Shown: positions 52,322 through 64,000 of the stretch, piece after piece | Layout of the letters: each line of letters opens with the position of its first letter | Numbering within the stretch: the first letter of the stretch is position 1 | Assembly: GCA_030770535.1 (NCBI GenBank) | Contig: JASVEC010000025.1 | Location: 434,001 to 498,000 of the forward strand | Direction of reading: 5' to 3' | Origin: Batkoa obscura | Lineage: Eukaryota | Length of the DNA stretch: 64,000 nt | Translations under genes and position numbers: made by a program | Notes under the pieces: model-generated | The model's database searches: none | Told to the model about the DNA's origin: nothing | What the model saw: the letters and a program-made list of their open reading frames with translations, nothing else

Positions 52322-52420
52322 AGGGGTGTTTTTTTTTGGCTTCATCATTTTTTCCATTTTTTGAGCGCTATTTGAGTGGAAAGATTGTTAGTGAAATTCT
52401 TAAACATAAAATACATCCCC
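52322..52420 (-). mobile_element. MITE copy 15
   Basis: Full length; flanks ATAT/ATAC. Confidence 0.92.
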
Positions 52421-52676
52421 ATACTAAGTAGGTTAGTTTAATTATGATTATTATAAAAATTAATAATAATATCGATGCCTATTTAATAACTTTTTATTAT
52501 ATAATAAAAAGAATTTTAAATATAAAAAATAAATCAAGAATTCTTTCATTTTTTTAAATTTTTAAATTTTTTTAAATATTAAATTTTAAGGGGTAAAAAT
52601 TGCACTGTTGCTATTTTAATATTAAACAAATTCAAATACACCATTAAAGCTTCAAAAGATATAAAAAGTCTCAAAA

Positions 52677-53720
52677 CTAACCCAAGTTCAATAGAACTTT
52701 GAAATCCGTGATCAAACACTCCATTTTAAATAACAAATAACGTCTTGAAGGGTCATGCGACGACAACACAAATACTGCATTAATCAAACCATAACAACTT
52801 AATAATAAACTAGTGACCACAGGAATAGTATAACCAATATTCAAATTAATTAAAGTATCAGGTAAAAGAATTAGTATATTTAAAATCATATCTGGAATCA
52901 CAGAGATAGAATAAGCGAAAACAGCACCCATTAATTTAATTACTGTTAACCATTTTTGATTACGTATACTTTTTTGTTGACTTGTATAATCTTGTTCAAT
53001 ATTATTAGAAACATAGTGTGACGTTTGAATTGTTGGATTATTCATCTGTTCGACATGAGTAGATGAATTGGCATCTTTCAATAACATGTTACCAGAGGAG
53101 GATATCACTTGATAGTAAACCGAAGTCATATTAAAATACGAAAATGAAATCACTAATAAAGAAATAATTGAACGTATAACATAAGTAGCAAATGTTAAAT
53201 AATAATAAGTTTCAAATAAATTGTTATGAATCTCTGGGTTTTTTACAGGCACACAGACTAGTTCAGTATTCGACCATTTATAAACTCCATTAATAATATA
53301 AGCTAATGAAAAGCCAAGATTAGAGATAAAAGATAATAAACCTAAACTATACCATAACTTTGGATTATATGTCATTTTTTTACAAATACTTAAATAACGC
53401 ATAAAACTCAAGATAGCTACTAATTCAATACAAAATAAATAGACAGTCATATCAATAGTAGCATCGAAGTGACACCACCAATAAGGAGTGGGGTTCAATA
53501 TTTTAGAATCCACTATTAAATAACCACTACCTACTAATGTCATTCGTATTATATTATGTAAGTAATAATAACTATCACCAACAGCAATGATTAATATTAA
53601 TACTAAATCTGTACTCTTTAATTTTAAGCCATAACTTACTACCCAACCTACAAGTAAATTTAATATTAAACCTATCACCGCTATCACTACTTGTATACTT
53701 TGGCCTGATGTTAATGGCAT
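52677..53720 (-). CDS. Seven-transmembrane, class A-like GPCR, 347 aa (copy 1)
   Basis: GLILN in TM1; D in TM2; WWCHF at the TM3 start; DRY-like SFMRY; ECL2 Cys; long ICL3. Confidence 0.82.
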   Translation of the reverse strand: MPLTSGQSIQVVIAVIGLILNLLVGWVVSYGLKLKSTDLVLILIIAVGDSYYYLHNIIRMTLVGSGYLIVDSKILNPTPYWWCHFDATIDMTVYLFCIELVAILSFMRYLSICKKMTYNPKLWYSLGLLSFISNLGFSLAYIINGVYKWSNTELVCVPVKNPEIHNNLFETYYYLTFATYVIRSIISLLVISFSYFNMTSVYYQVISSSGNMLLKDANSSTHVEQMNNPTIQTSHYVSNNIEQDYTSQQKSIRNQKWLTVIKLMGAVFAYSISVIPDMILNILILLPDTLINLNIGYTIPVVTSLLLSCYGLINAVFVLSSHDPSRRYLLFKMECLITDFKVLLNLG

Positions 53721-55074
53721 TGTTTAAAATTGAAATAAAATAGAATTATATAAAAAATAAACTTTGGTATACTTTTATCAAACGCTACTATATATATTGA
53801 TGAGATAAGAACATTTTAAATAATGATCTAAACTAACTTGGTTATTATATCAAATAGTTACAAATATGTTAATTTAAATCTTATTAGATATAAAGTCATT
53901 TAATAGAGACTGCATTTTTAATTGCTTTATTATTCCGTTACAGATAGTATTTTAACTTTTTATACTACAAAATAGATAGTTGTTTATTATTTACTATCTT
54001 AATGTTATTATGTAACTACTCTTTTTCACCATTTTTTTAAAATGTAATTAATTAGTTTATCTTATCAGCTGAATCAATTTTGGTCTGATGATCATTAAAT
54101 GCAATACTTTTAAAATGTTGAAACATTTGAATTTTAAGTTACTTATTTAATATATTACATTTTTAGCCCTTATATTTATTTGTATAGTGTATAAATTTAT
54201 TTCATCATTGTTAATTTTTATTATAATATTATTATTTTATTATTTGGTATAAAATTAGGATTTAAAATAGTCATTTCGTCTTATGTACTATATAATATAG
54301 AATTGAGTAGTTATTTTTTTATTTTTATCAATTTATTGTATAACCATTAATACTTTAATATGTGATTCATTTGTTATTATTATTTGTCAATTATTAGTTT
54401 AATGAAAGTTTGTTTCTTATCATATTTTACTTTTTAGTATATATGCTATAAAGTAATAAATTAAACAACTATATTATTATTTTTTTTATAAATGTCGAAA
54501 AACATGATCATTTAGTTTATTTAAGACCCATATTTTCTTAAAAAAACCTTAATATAACTCTAGTATTTTATTACAAACAGCTCCTCATTTATTATTTAGA
54601 TTTGTGGTGTTTACAAGTATATTTCATCTATTTATAAATATCAATTTATATAAAAAATACATAATTGAAGTTTATATTGGTTAAATGTTTATAATTAGAT
54701 GCTCTATTATGTTTTTTGCTTTTATTTTATTTTAGTATTTTAATACATTTTTCTTAAAAATGAACATCGCTTCTTCATGAATAGGTAGACAAGTAAAATT
54801 GGACTTCTAAAGAAAGTAATTAAATTCCCAATTTTAAGAATTAATAGAATTTAAGTTTATTACTGTTTCTATTTAGTTTATAAGTTAATTTTGGTTATTT
54901 ACTCTATATCTTTTTAATAAAATTTTTATACAATTTATAATTTAATATTGGCATTTCTACTATCATTATTATTAAATAGTTACTTAATTATTTAAAACAA
55001 ATAAAAAAATATTCAAAAACAACCCTTAAAAATTCAAACACAAATAACTCTTTTAATGTCATTCAAAAAAAGTA

Positions 55075-57101
55075 TTACATTTTACCATTAAATAAAAAAA
55101 TAAATACTGGATAAATTTCTTTTGCACTAAAAGCCTTTTCCAGAAATTGCTCTATATCCTTATATTTCCAATATTCAAAATTAAACAATACCTTTGCTTC
55201 ATTTAATGTTGTTGAATTAAACTTATTTATTTCCTTAAAGTAATTGTTTTTAGTTAATCTATCAGAATAAACTATTGTTGCTAAAATTGATTGATTTTGT
55301 TTTGTACTAATATAAAATTGACCAAATTTATTATTTCCTTGTCGTTGATAAAATATAGTTGAATCTAAATTAGGATCTTGAGTATTAAAGGTTGTTAATG
55401 GAGCATAAAATTGATTGATAGGTGATAAGGAAAACTCAATTTTATTATAAGGTAAATTAACTACTGCTAATTCATGTCGATCCTAAAAATAATATAAATA
55501 ATAATAATAATAATGTAATAATAATAATTACCCCTGAAATAAAAAATAAATTATTAATATCTTTCAAATTCAATAAAATTTCTTCTCTTTCTTTTAAATA
55601 GCCTTTCCAAGTATCTTGTTTTGGATCATAGCCTTGCCAATTTTGAGTTAAAGGAACAGATGATATAATAAAATTAAATTGAAATTTAATTTGATCTTTC
55701 AAAAAATAATTAATCATTTCTTTCTTTTGTTGTTGACCAAGCATACTATCAATTGTTCTATAACGTCTTGTATCCATTACAAAATATCTTACATTACCAT
55801 ACGTCATTGTATAATATGTTTTTGGCAATTCAGAATTATTATTAGTTATATAAGGACCTAATCCTTGATACTCGGAATAAGCTGTTATTGCTTGAGGATA
55901 TGGATCTTCTAAATTTTTGTTCCAGTTATTTTTAATCTAGTTATAATTAAGTTATTTATTATTATTTATTATTATTTATTGTTATAAAACTTACTTCATG
56001 ATCATCATAAATATGAAAAATAGGCATATTATTAATCCATTTTAATACATTTTGATCTTGATAAATTTGGCGATAAAACATACGATATGTATTTAAACTA
56101 GAACTCAAATAAATAGGTACATCTATAATTTAAAAGCAAATAAAATTATATTAAATAATAAAATAGAATGAATATATTTAATTTACCAGCATAAATAAAA
56201 TCCCCTAAAAAGAAAAAAAAGTTGGCTTTTAGTTGATTTAAACTTTGAATTCCTTTTAGTTCTTTAATATTTCCAGGGACATAAGGGAATTGACGTTTAA
56301 TACAGGAACCAGCCATGAAATAAAAACTATTCTCAGAATATGGTATAGGATGAGTAATAAACTGATACTCTTTATCAAATATATTAATCCCACTTTTGAC
56401 TATTTTATACTCATATTTAGTATCTGCTAATAAATTATCCACTTGAATAATATTAGTAAAATCTTTTTCTTCTCTTAATTCCATTTCATTAACTAAATAA
56501 TATTCTGTATTGTTTTTAAAATACACTTGATATTTACCCCCTTTTGGTACCCTTAAAAATAAATTCACGTAATTATGATTTAAATAAGTGACTCTTGTAA
56601 ATGCTAATCCATTAAATGGTTCAAAATACATGGGATAAAATACAAAATCCAAGATCATTATAAAACCAAGTAGATGGAATATTAAATTGATACCCAAAAA
56701 CCACTTATATATGAATTTTTTGCTTGGATTTTTTTTTATTTCTGTCACTTCTTCAGTAGTACTATTATCCTTTTCATTCCCTTTTCGTTTCCTCAATCCT
56801 TCTTGTTCGTTTATTTCTTTAATCTCTTTTTTTGAGTTCATTTTAACACCATCATTATCCAATTCCTTCACATCCACTATTCTACCTTTATCTTTATTAT
56901 TTTTATTAATATTCATCATCTCTTTAATCAATACTATAATAAAATAAGTAAAAGAAAATGGAAGGAACATAGCTAACAATCGAGCTGGTATCCTAAATAA
57001 ATGTTAAAAACGAAATATCAATATAGAAAAAGGAGTTACCATCGCAACAAAAAATGACCAGCAATTAAATTTAATAGTGAAAAATAAAATCGAATTTTCA
57101 T
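55075..57101 (-). CDS. PhoD-like alkaline phosphatase with N-terminal TM segments; exons 57101-57040, 56992-56187, 56122-55995, 55936-55532, 55482-55075
   Basis: GSC, LGDFIYAD, YDDHE, MDTRRYR, DTWKGY and SGDRH after splicing four GT-AG introns. Confidence 0.9.
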
Positions 57102-59204
57102 TTTAAAATAAAGAAAAGTAATTATTGACCTTAATTTACTACTCATAGCTCATTATTTATTTTTTTTGAATTACATAATCTTCTTAAAAATAATTGGTTA
57201 TCGATAATATGTGATTTTTTTAGATAATTTTACTCTTAAGTTAATTTAGAATTTTATTAAAAAATTCCAATATTTTTAAACAGTTTTATATGCTTTAACT
57301 ATACAAAAACTGACTTTATTTTTAAACAAAAAATCCCTATTTATATAGAAAACTTAAGAAAAATAAACATAATGGTCTAATAATAAAAAATCAATTAAAA
57401 AATCAAATTTTAACACTTTTATTATTTAGAACCCTTGTTTAATAATACTCCTCTATTTCTTACTATCACCACTTAATTTAATCCTAAAATTTGTTATATT
57501 AAATTTGTATATAAAATGAACTAAATATTTTCGAACTAAAATACTTTTTGATAGCTATGTAAATTTTTATTAAAAACTTAAACTTATACTAAAAAAATCA
57601 TATATTTATCTAATAATAAAATCAACCATTTTAAAGCAAATATGTATTATTTATTCAATTTAAACGCAATTTATAATTGATTTAGTTTGATATATTATAA
57701 ATAAAATGTTGTTCCAAAAGTACTAAAATCACAAGATACGATTACATTTATTTTGTAAAACTCTAAATTTAAATAATAAAACTTATATTTAAATTAAAAC
57801 AAAGTACTTATTTATCCAAATTTCTCATGGTTTATAACATTACTAACTAATAAAAGGTATACTAACATTAAGCATGAGAACTCAAAGCTATTAAGTCTGG
57901 AATTTCAGTGATTTTGGTGCTGAATGTAATTATATCCGACATATCATATATGTTTAAAACTGTTATAAACACTAAAAACTGCGCTAATTTCCTCATTGCA
58001 AATTCCTCATCTAAACCAACAAATTATGCTATTTAAATTAAGATAATTTAAAACTAAATCTATTCTAAGTGTGCATTTTTTGAAACAAAATAGAGTATTA
58101 ATAATACATTTCTACATTAATTAATAAAGCTTTACTTTTTAAAACAACCCTACATCCTATTTATAAGTAAAGCCATTAAATCTTTATATGATAGTTAGAA
58201 CTTTATTTTAGAACTAGATAATAGCTCTGACACTTGGTAAATCAAAAGATTAGTTAATGAGTTTTGATTTGTTCTCTTTGATCAAAGCTTCTATTTTTAA
58301 TAAGATTATTTAAAATGGAATTAGAGTCGAGATTCTTTTGGACCTTTATAAAATTTTGGGTCACTCCAATTATAATTAATTCCCACTTTTCACCCTTTGG
58401 GACAACTGACAATATCCTGATCTTCAATAGTAAATTGTTTTACCACTAGTTCAACCACTGGTTTGAAGGAACTGGTAACTTTATATTATAATAGTAGTTA
58501 ACTATTTGATATCAAACCACAATATCTTATTCTTGGCGTTATTGAACTATTCAATTAAAATATTTAGGAAGAATTATAATGGTTAATTTACCACCTAAAT
58601 AGGTTTCAATAGTTGATTTTAAAAAATGGATAATTTATTTTTATAAGTTAATTAGTTTTATCTTAATCAGTAATAGCAGTAATAGCAGTAATTAGCAGTA
58701 ATAGCACTAATGAAGATAATATGGATGTATCTAGAATGTAAAAATGAGTGTATCTTAGCACCAAAGTAATTTAAAGATATTAAAATATTAAAGTGTTTAA
58801 AAATAATATAAGCCCATTGCTATTTGCTTTATAAAAGGCAATTGCTCATAGAATCCTTGCCATTGCTTAGTTAAGTGCTTTGATATTACTTGCTATGCGG
58901 ATCAATACTTGTTCTTAATTTTTAATTCAAATCATTATATAATTTGGTAAAGAAACTAAAGTCATAAGATTGAACCAGTTAATCAAAGAAATAGTGATTA
59001 TTTCTAAAGTTTATTGGATGGTTGAAATTCATTTGAACCAATGATATGACATGATAATCATTGGAATAACTAATTTATTAAAAGTTGCAGTACTTTGATA
59101 ATTTTAGTAGTTGAAAAATTTAATATAAATGACAAATGAAAATTTTTTTCAACATAATTCTTTTATTCTAATTTATTTTTTCAATCTTTTTCAATTATTT
59201 ATCA

Positions 59205-59819
59205 ATGATGTTATCCGTAGCTTTAGATACTACTAATATAAGGATGGAAGAAGTGTTAGAGGGTAGTCCAATGACCTTACCTTATTTTGAGAACTTTCGA
59301 AAGTATTTGACTAAATTTGAACATAGTTCTGAAAACATGGAATTTTATTTATGGTTTTCCAATTATGAAAAGCGCTATTATACAGTTAAAAAATGTGGAC
59401 CAAATGGTTTTGTACCTTTAGTACCACCACCTACAGTCAATTTACTTAGTTTAGATTCTCCAATTACCGATAGCTATGATATCTTTTTAGAAGTACCTCA
59501 TCATATATTAAAATTAACAGCTAATGAAAATCGATGGTCTAAAGGTTTATTTAATTTTAAAAAGAAACCCAAATTAGAATTTATTTGTTCTAATGAATTA
59601 CCTTTTAATGAAGAGATTACTTTAGTTGTTCAATTATTCCTAAACCCAGCTTCTTCATTAGAATTAAATTTACCATCTAAAATTAAAGAAGCTTGTTTAT
59701 TAGATTTAAATGATAGTACTCATCCTGATGTATTTCGTCCTATATTTGATCATGTTGCTCAACTTTTATCAGCGTCTTGGATTAACTTTATGCGCAAAAT
59801 ACGTGGAGGTAAAAGCTAA
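59205..59819 (+). CDS. RGS-domain protein, 204 aa
   Basis: FRKYLTKFEHSSENMEFYLW, FLNPASSLELNLPSKIK, HPDVF. Confidence 0.82.
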   Translation: MMLSVALDTTNIRMEEVLEGSPMTLPYFENFRKYLTKFEHSSENMEFYLWFSNYEKRYYTVKKCGPNGFVPLVPPPTVNLLSLDSPITDSYDIFLEVPHHILKLTANENRWSKGLFNFKKKPKLEFICSNELPFNEEITLVVQLFLNPASSLELNLPSKIKEACLLDLNDSTHPDVFRPIFDHVAQLLSASWINFMRKIRGGKS

Positions 59820-61315
59820 ATAGGTGTATTATTTAAATCTTCCATTTTTCCCACATTTTCTCTGTTTTGTTTATTTCAATCTATTGTTTTATATCAAGTT
59901 AAAATTTTGCATCAAGTAAATTTTAAGCTGGATACAAAATTATTAACTACTCTTGTTTTCTTAAAATATACACTCTTTTTTTTAATAAATAACTTTTTTA
60001 CACCTTATTTTCGATTTTGGTCAAGTTCTATTATGCGAATGTGACGTTCTATGGATAAACATTTATTATCACACTTAGTAATGGAATTCAAACTATAGTG
60101 GTGATTTATATCACTTATCTAGTTTGTTATTATTATACCAGTTTAATGACTTTATAGATTAGATTGCAAAAATTCATATATGCAAAATTAAATAAACATG
60201 AGTTAAATGTTGGAAATAATAAAATAATAAGTGTACATTATATATTTAGTTTAATGTTTATTAAAGTATTTATTAAAGAGTATATAATGATTTAATACTT
60301 TCTATATATAAGTTGATGGATAAATTAATAGATATCTTCAATTTCATTTTTAATATTAGCCAATTACTTCTAGTATTCATAGCTTTTAAATACAATATAA
60401 GATTTCTCATAAATTGAATTTTCAATTGAAAGATATGGTTTAAAATTATAGGTTTATTACCAAAATAATATCATTAGTAAGGTTTTGAACTGCAAGGTTA
60501 TGGTACAAGCTATTTCTCCTAAATAACATGTTAATTACTCCGTATTTTAAAAAAAATAATACTTTATAAAATAATACCTTAAATCGACTTTACAGTTCTG
60601 CCCAAATTAAGTTACTACCACTGTCCTTAAATAGATGGCCATTGTGATTTTTAAGCTACACTAAAATCTATCCTATTTAGAAAGTAATTTTGTTTCAATA
60701 AATAATATTGTGTCTATAGTATTTCTCATAAAGGTTTAGTATGCTAAAATAAACTATACTTTCAAATGAGAAAAAAATTAACTTTATTTGTATCTCTTAA
60801 CATTTATCATATTAAAATAATTTTAAACAGGACCAATTTTAAATTAGTTTAAAAGCAAAGTGGTTATTTATTTAAGGGTAAAGGTTTTAGGCTAATCCAT
60901 TTGTGTATATAAAAAGATTATTGAAGTATATAACAGCAAAACTAATTTTCTTGAAAAGTATAGATCATTCCAATATAATCAAGACCAGCTAATAGTATAA
61001 AATTAAAGTTTATGTTTTTTTTAAACCTTGAACTTTGAAGGGCAAGTGGCTTTTTAATTTAAAACAATACTATAAATGAAATTGGAGAATTGTTTAGTCA
61101 AAGCTTTTACACCATGGGCGTTAGATCCGAGTTGTGTGATCCTCTAAGAAACATCATCACCCAGGTTTATCATATTTTGTAAAAAAATGTTATATTTTAA
61201 AATTAAGTTTATTTTATTTTAAAAGTTAACAAAAAAATTTGATATAAGCTCACTTTTATTTATCGCTACATGCTTACTTTATTTTTAAAAACGTTTTTTT
61301 TAGCATTAATAATAT

Positions 61316-61413
61316 GGGGATGTTTTTTTTGGCTTCATCATTTTTTCCATTTTTAAGCGCTATTTCAACGGAAAGATTGTTAGTAAAATTCTTAAACAAA
61401 AAAATACATCCTC
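61316..61413 (-). mobile_element. MITE copy 16
   Basis: Full length; ATAT TSD. Confidence 0.92.
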
Positions 61414-62041
61414 ATATGGTACTCGTTAAAATTTGTGTACTCGAAATATAAAAAATACCATATCACAAGTTTTTTAAATTATAGTAAACATCTAGTAAAA
61501 AATATGATTTTAAAAATTAAGTACTTATTAGAAAGCTCCTTGCTATAAATGCTTTTATTTAATATTGGGTTGAGCCCCCATCTATAAAGATGATGACTAC
61601 TATAAATCGGAGGGAGTAATCTATTGAATAAAGAATAATTAAAAGTAATATTTTAACAGCTTTCCAGTAAAAAGATCATTGTATTTCTAGGTCTGATGAT
61701 TGAAGCTAGCTCAGCTGATAAGTAAAGTTAATTTAATACCTTCAAAAACAATAAATAGAGGATTTAAATTAATAACATAATAGAAAATAATCAATTATTA
61801 TTTATTACAAATAAAAAAATGGTAAAGTACTAGATTCTCGAAATAGTAAAGTAATGAAAATCTAGCTTTTTTTTACTAATGAATCCATAGTAAATTGAAT
61901 TTAAACTAACTTTCATGTAAACTTTTTATATATAATCAGCTACCTTGAATCTTTTATCAATATTCTTATCTCATAAATATACATACTAGCATTTGGTCAA
62001 GCTATATCAATATATTTTAATTGTTTTAGTTTAATTTAAAA

Positions 62042-63085
62042 ATGTCTTTAACACCAGGCCAAAGTATACAAGTAGTGATAGCGGTGATAGGTTTAATATT
62101 AAATTTACTTGTAGGTTGGGTAGTAAGTTATGGCTTAAAATTAAAGAGTACAGATTTAATATTAATATTAATCATTGCTGTTGGTGATAGTTATTATTAC
62201 TTACATAATATAATACGAATGACATTAGTAGGTAGTGGTTATTTAATAGTGGATTCTAAAATATTGAACCCCACTCCTTATTGGTGGTGTCACTTCGATG
62301 CTACTATTGATATGACTGTCTATTTATTTTGTATTGAATTAGTAGCTATCTTGAGTTTTATGCGTTATTTAAGTATTTGTAAAAAAATGACATATAATCC
62401 AAAGTTATGGTATAGTTTAGGTTTATTATCTTTTATCTCTAATCTTGGCTTTTCATTAGCTTATATTATTAATGGAGTTTATAAATGGTCGAATACTGAA
62501 CTAGTCTGTGTGCCTGTAAAAAACCCAGAGATTCATAACAATTTATTTGAAACTTATTATTATTTAACATTTGCTACTTATGTTATACGTTCAATTATTT
62601 CTTTATTAGTGATTTCATTTTCGTATTTTAATATGACTTCGGTTTACTATCAAGTGATATCCTCCTCTGGTAACATGTTATTGAAAGATGCCAATTCATC
62701 TACTCATGTCGAACAGATGAATAATCCAACAATTCAAACGTCACACTATGTTTCTAATAATATTGAACAAGATTATACAAGTCAACAAAAAAGTATACGT
62801 AATCAAAAATGGTTAACAGTAATTAAATTAATGGGTGCTGTTTTCGCTTATTCTATCTCTGTGATTCCAGATATGATTTTAAATATACTAATTCTTTTAC
62901 CTGATACTTTAATTAATTTGAATATTGGTTATACTATTCCTGTGGTCACTAGTTTATTATTAAGTTGTTATGGTTTGATTAATGCAGTATTTGTGTTGTC
63001 GTCGCATGACCCTTCAAGACGTTATTTGTTATTTAAAATGGAGTGTTTGATCACGGATTTCAAAGTTCTATTGAACTTGGGTTAG
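62042..63085 (+). CDS. Seven-transmembrane GPCR, 347 aa (copy 2)
   Basis: Differs from copy 1 only at residues 2, 5 and 40 in the given translations. Confidence 0.82.
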   Translation: MSLTPGQSIQVVIAVIGLILNLLVGWVVSYGLKLKSTDLILILIIAVGDSYYYLHNIIRMTLVGSGYLIVDSKILNPTPYWWCHFDATIDMTVYLFCIELVAILSFMRYLSICKKMTYNPKLWYSLGLLSFISNLGFSLAYIINGVYKWSNTELVCVPVKNPEIHNNLFETYYYLTFATYVIRSIISLLVISFSYFNMTSVYYQVISSSGNMLLKDANSSTHVEQMNNPTIQTSHYVSNNIEQDYTSQQKSIRNQKWLTVIKLMGAVFAYSISVIPDMILNILILLPDTLINLNIGYTIPVVTSLLLSCYGLINAVFVLSSHDPSRRYLLFKMECLITDFKVLLNLG

Positions 63086-63341
63086 TTTTGAGACTTTTTA
63101 TATCTTTTGAAGCTTTAATGGTGTATTTGAATTTGTTTAATATTAAAATAGCAACAGTGCAATTTTTACCCCTTAAAATTTAATATTTAAAAAAATTTAA
63201 AAATTTAAAAAAATGAAAGAATTCTTGATTTATTTTTTATATTTAAAATTCTTTTTATTATATAATAAAAAGTTATTAAATAAGCATCGATATTATTATT
63301 AATTTTTATAATAATCATAATTAAACTAATCTACTTAGTAT

Positions 63342-63441
63342 GGGGATATATTTTTATGTTTAAGAATTTCACTAACAATCTTTCCACTCAAATAGCGCTC
63401 AAAAAATGGAAAAAATGATGAAGCCAAAAAAAAACACCCTT
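63342..63441 (+). mobile_element. MITE copy 17 (duplicate of copy 15)
   Basis: Same flanks as copy 15. Confidence 0.92.
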
Positions 63442-63619
63442 ATATGTTTTTTCGTTATTGAACTTTATAAATTATTAGTATAGTTGGCATTAACCTACAA
63501 ATATCTTTATAATATAAGACTTTTCATTTTAGATCTAAAAAACTATTATTCATCAATGTTTTTAAAAAGAATACTATATTACTATATTACTATATTACTA
63601 TATTACTATATTAGTATAT

Positions 63620-63715
63620 GGGGGTATTTTTTTTGGATTCATTACTTTTTCCATTTTTTAAGCGCTATTTGAGTGGAAAGATTGTTAGTAAAATTAAACA
63701 CAAAAATACATCCCC
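63620..63715 (-). mobile_element. MITE copy 18 (duplicate of copy 14)
   Basis: Same flanks and deletion as copy 14. Confidence 0.92.
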
Positions 63716-63796
63716 ATATCTTAGCTAGTACCTCTCCAATTTATTAAATCCAATAAAGTTAACAAAATAAAGATTTAAATTTGAATAATATTTCAA

Positions 63797-63868
63797 TCTC
63801 GGGTAGTATAGTGGTGAGTATCCCCGCCTGTCACGCGGGAGACCGGGGTTCAATTCCCCGCTCGAGAG
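63797..63868 (+). tRNA. tRNA-Asp(GTC), second copy
   Basis: Identical to 51903..51974. Confidence 0.95.
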
Positions 63869-63938
63869 TAGATTAATATATATTTTTCACAAAATCGAAT
63901 ACAATGGGACGTTTATTTTAAAATAAGTGATAACATTT

Positions 63939-64000
63939 AGGGATGTATTTTTGTGTTTAGGAATTTTGCTAATAATTTTTCTACTCAAATAGCGCTTAAA
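63939..64000 (+). mobile_element. MITE copy 19 (cut by the window end)
   Basis: AGGGATGTATTTTTGTGTTTAGGAATTTTGCTAA..CTCAAATAGCGCTTAAA; preceded by ATTT. Confidence 0.88.

Larger units (their letters stand above)
51902..53720. repeat. Left arm of near-identical inverted duplication (partner 62042..63869)
   Basis: tRNA-Asp, two MITEs, a TAGTAATA microsatellite and the GPCR CDS are all mirrored. Confidence 0.95.
62042..63869. repeat. Right arm of near-identical inverted duplication
   Basis: Reverse complement of 51902..53720 with a few SNPs and indels. Confidence 0.95.

Noticed and set aside
58300..58990. Coding-like remnants on the minus strand (similar patches near 5600-5930 and 14170-14400)
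   Set aside because: Many stops and no family I can recognise; needs BLASTX

Overview
Very AT-rich eukaryotic, almost certainly fungal, DNA with short (~45-65 bp) GT-AG introns. The gene content (rhodopsin-like GPCRs, Kelch-type single-pass proteins, a TKL kinase-Sel1 fusion) suggests an early-diverging fungus such as an entomophthoralean; this is inference only. Intact genes: an identical pair of secreted repeat proteins, three 7TM receptors, two cytochrome P450 paralogues, a kinase-Sel1-CaaX protein, ATP synthase subunit h (absent from the ORF track), two small Cys-rich secreted paralogues, an EngB/YihA GTPase, a Ser/Thr/Gly-rich secreted protein, two Kelch-type membrane proteins, a GH16 glucanase, a PhoD phosphatase, an RGS protein and five tRNA genes. 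Several pseudogenes are also present. Two structural themes stand out. (1) A ~99-bp MITE family (19 copies or fragments) has GGGG..CCCC ends and 4-bp AWWT target duplications. Both of its ends are colinear with the ends of a 2.8-kb TIR element encoding a decayed Sola-like DDD transposase. The window contains an empty/filled site pair, inverted sister pairs and clustering near tRNA genes. (2) Repeated inverted gene duplications of very different ages, including one near-identical tract that stops exactly at a tRNA 3' end. All alignments and counts were made by eye.
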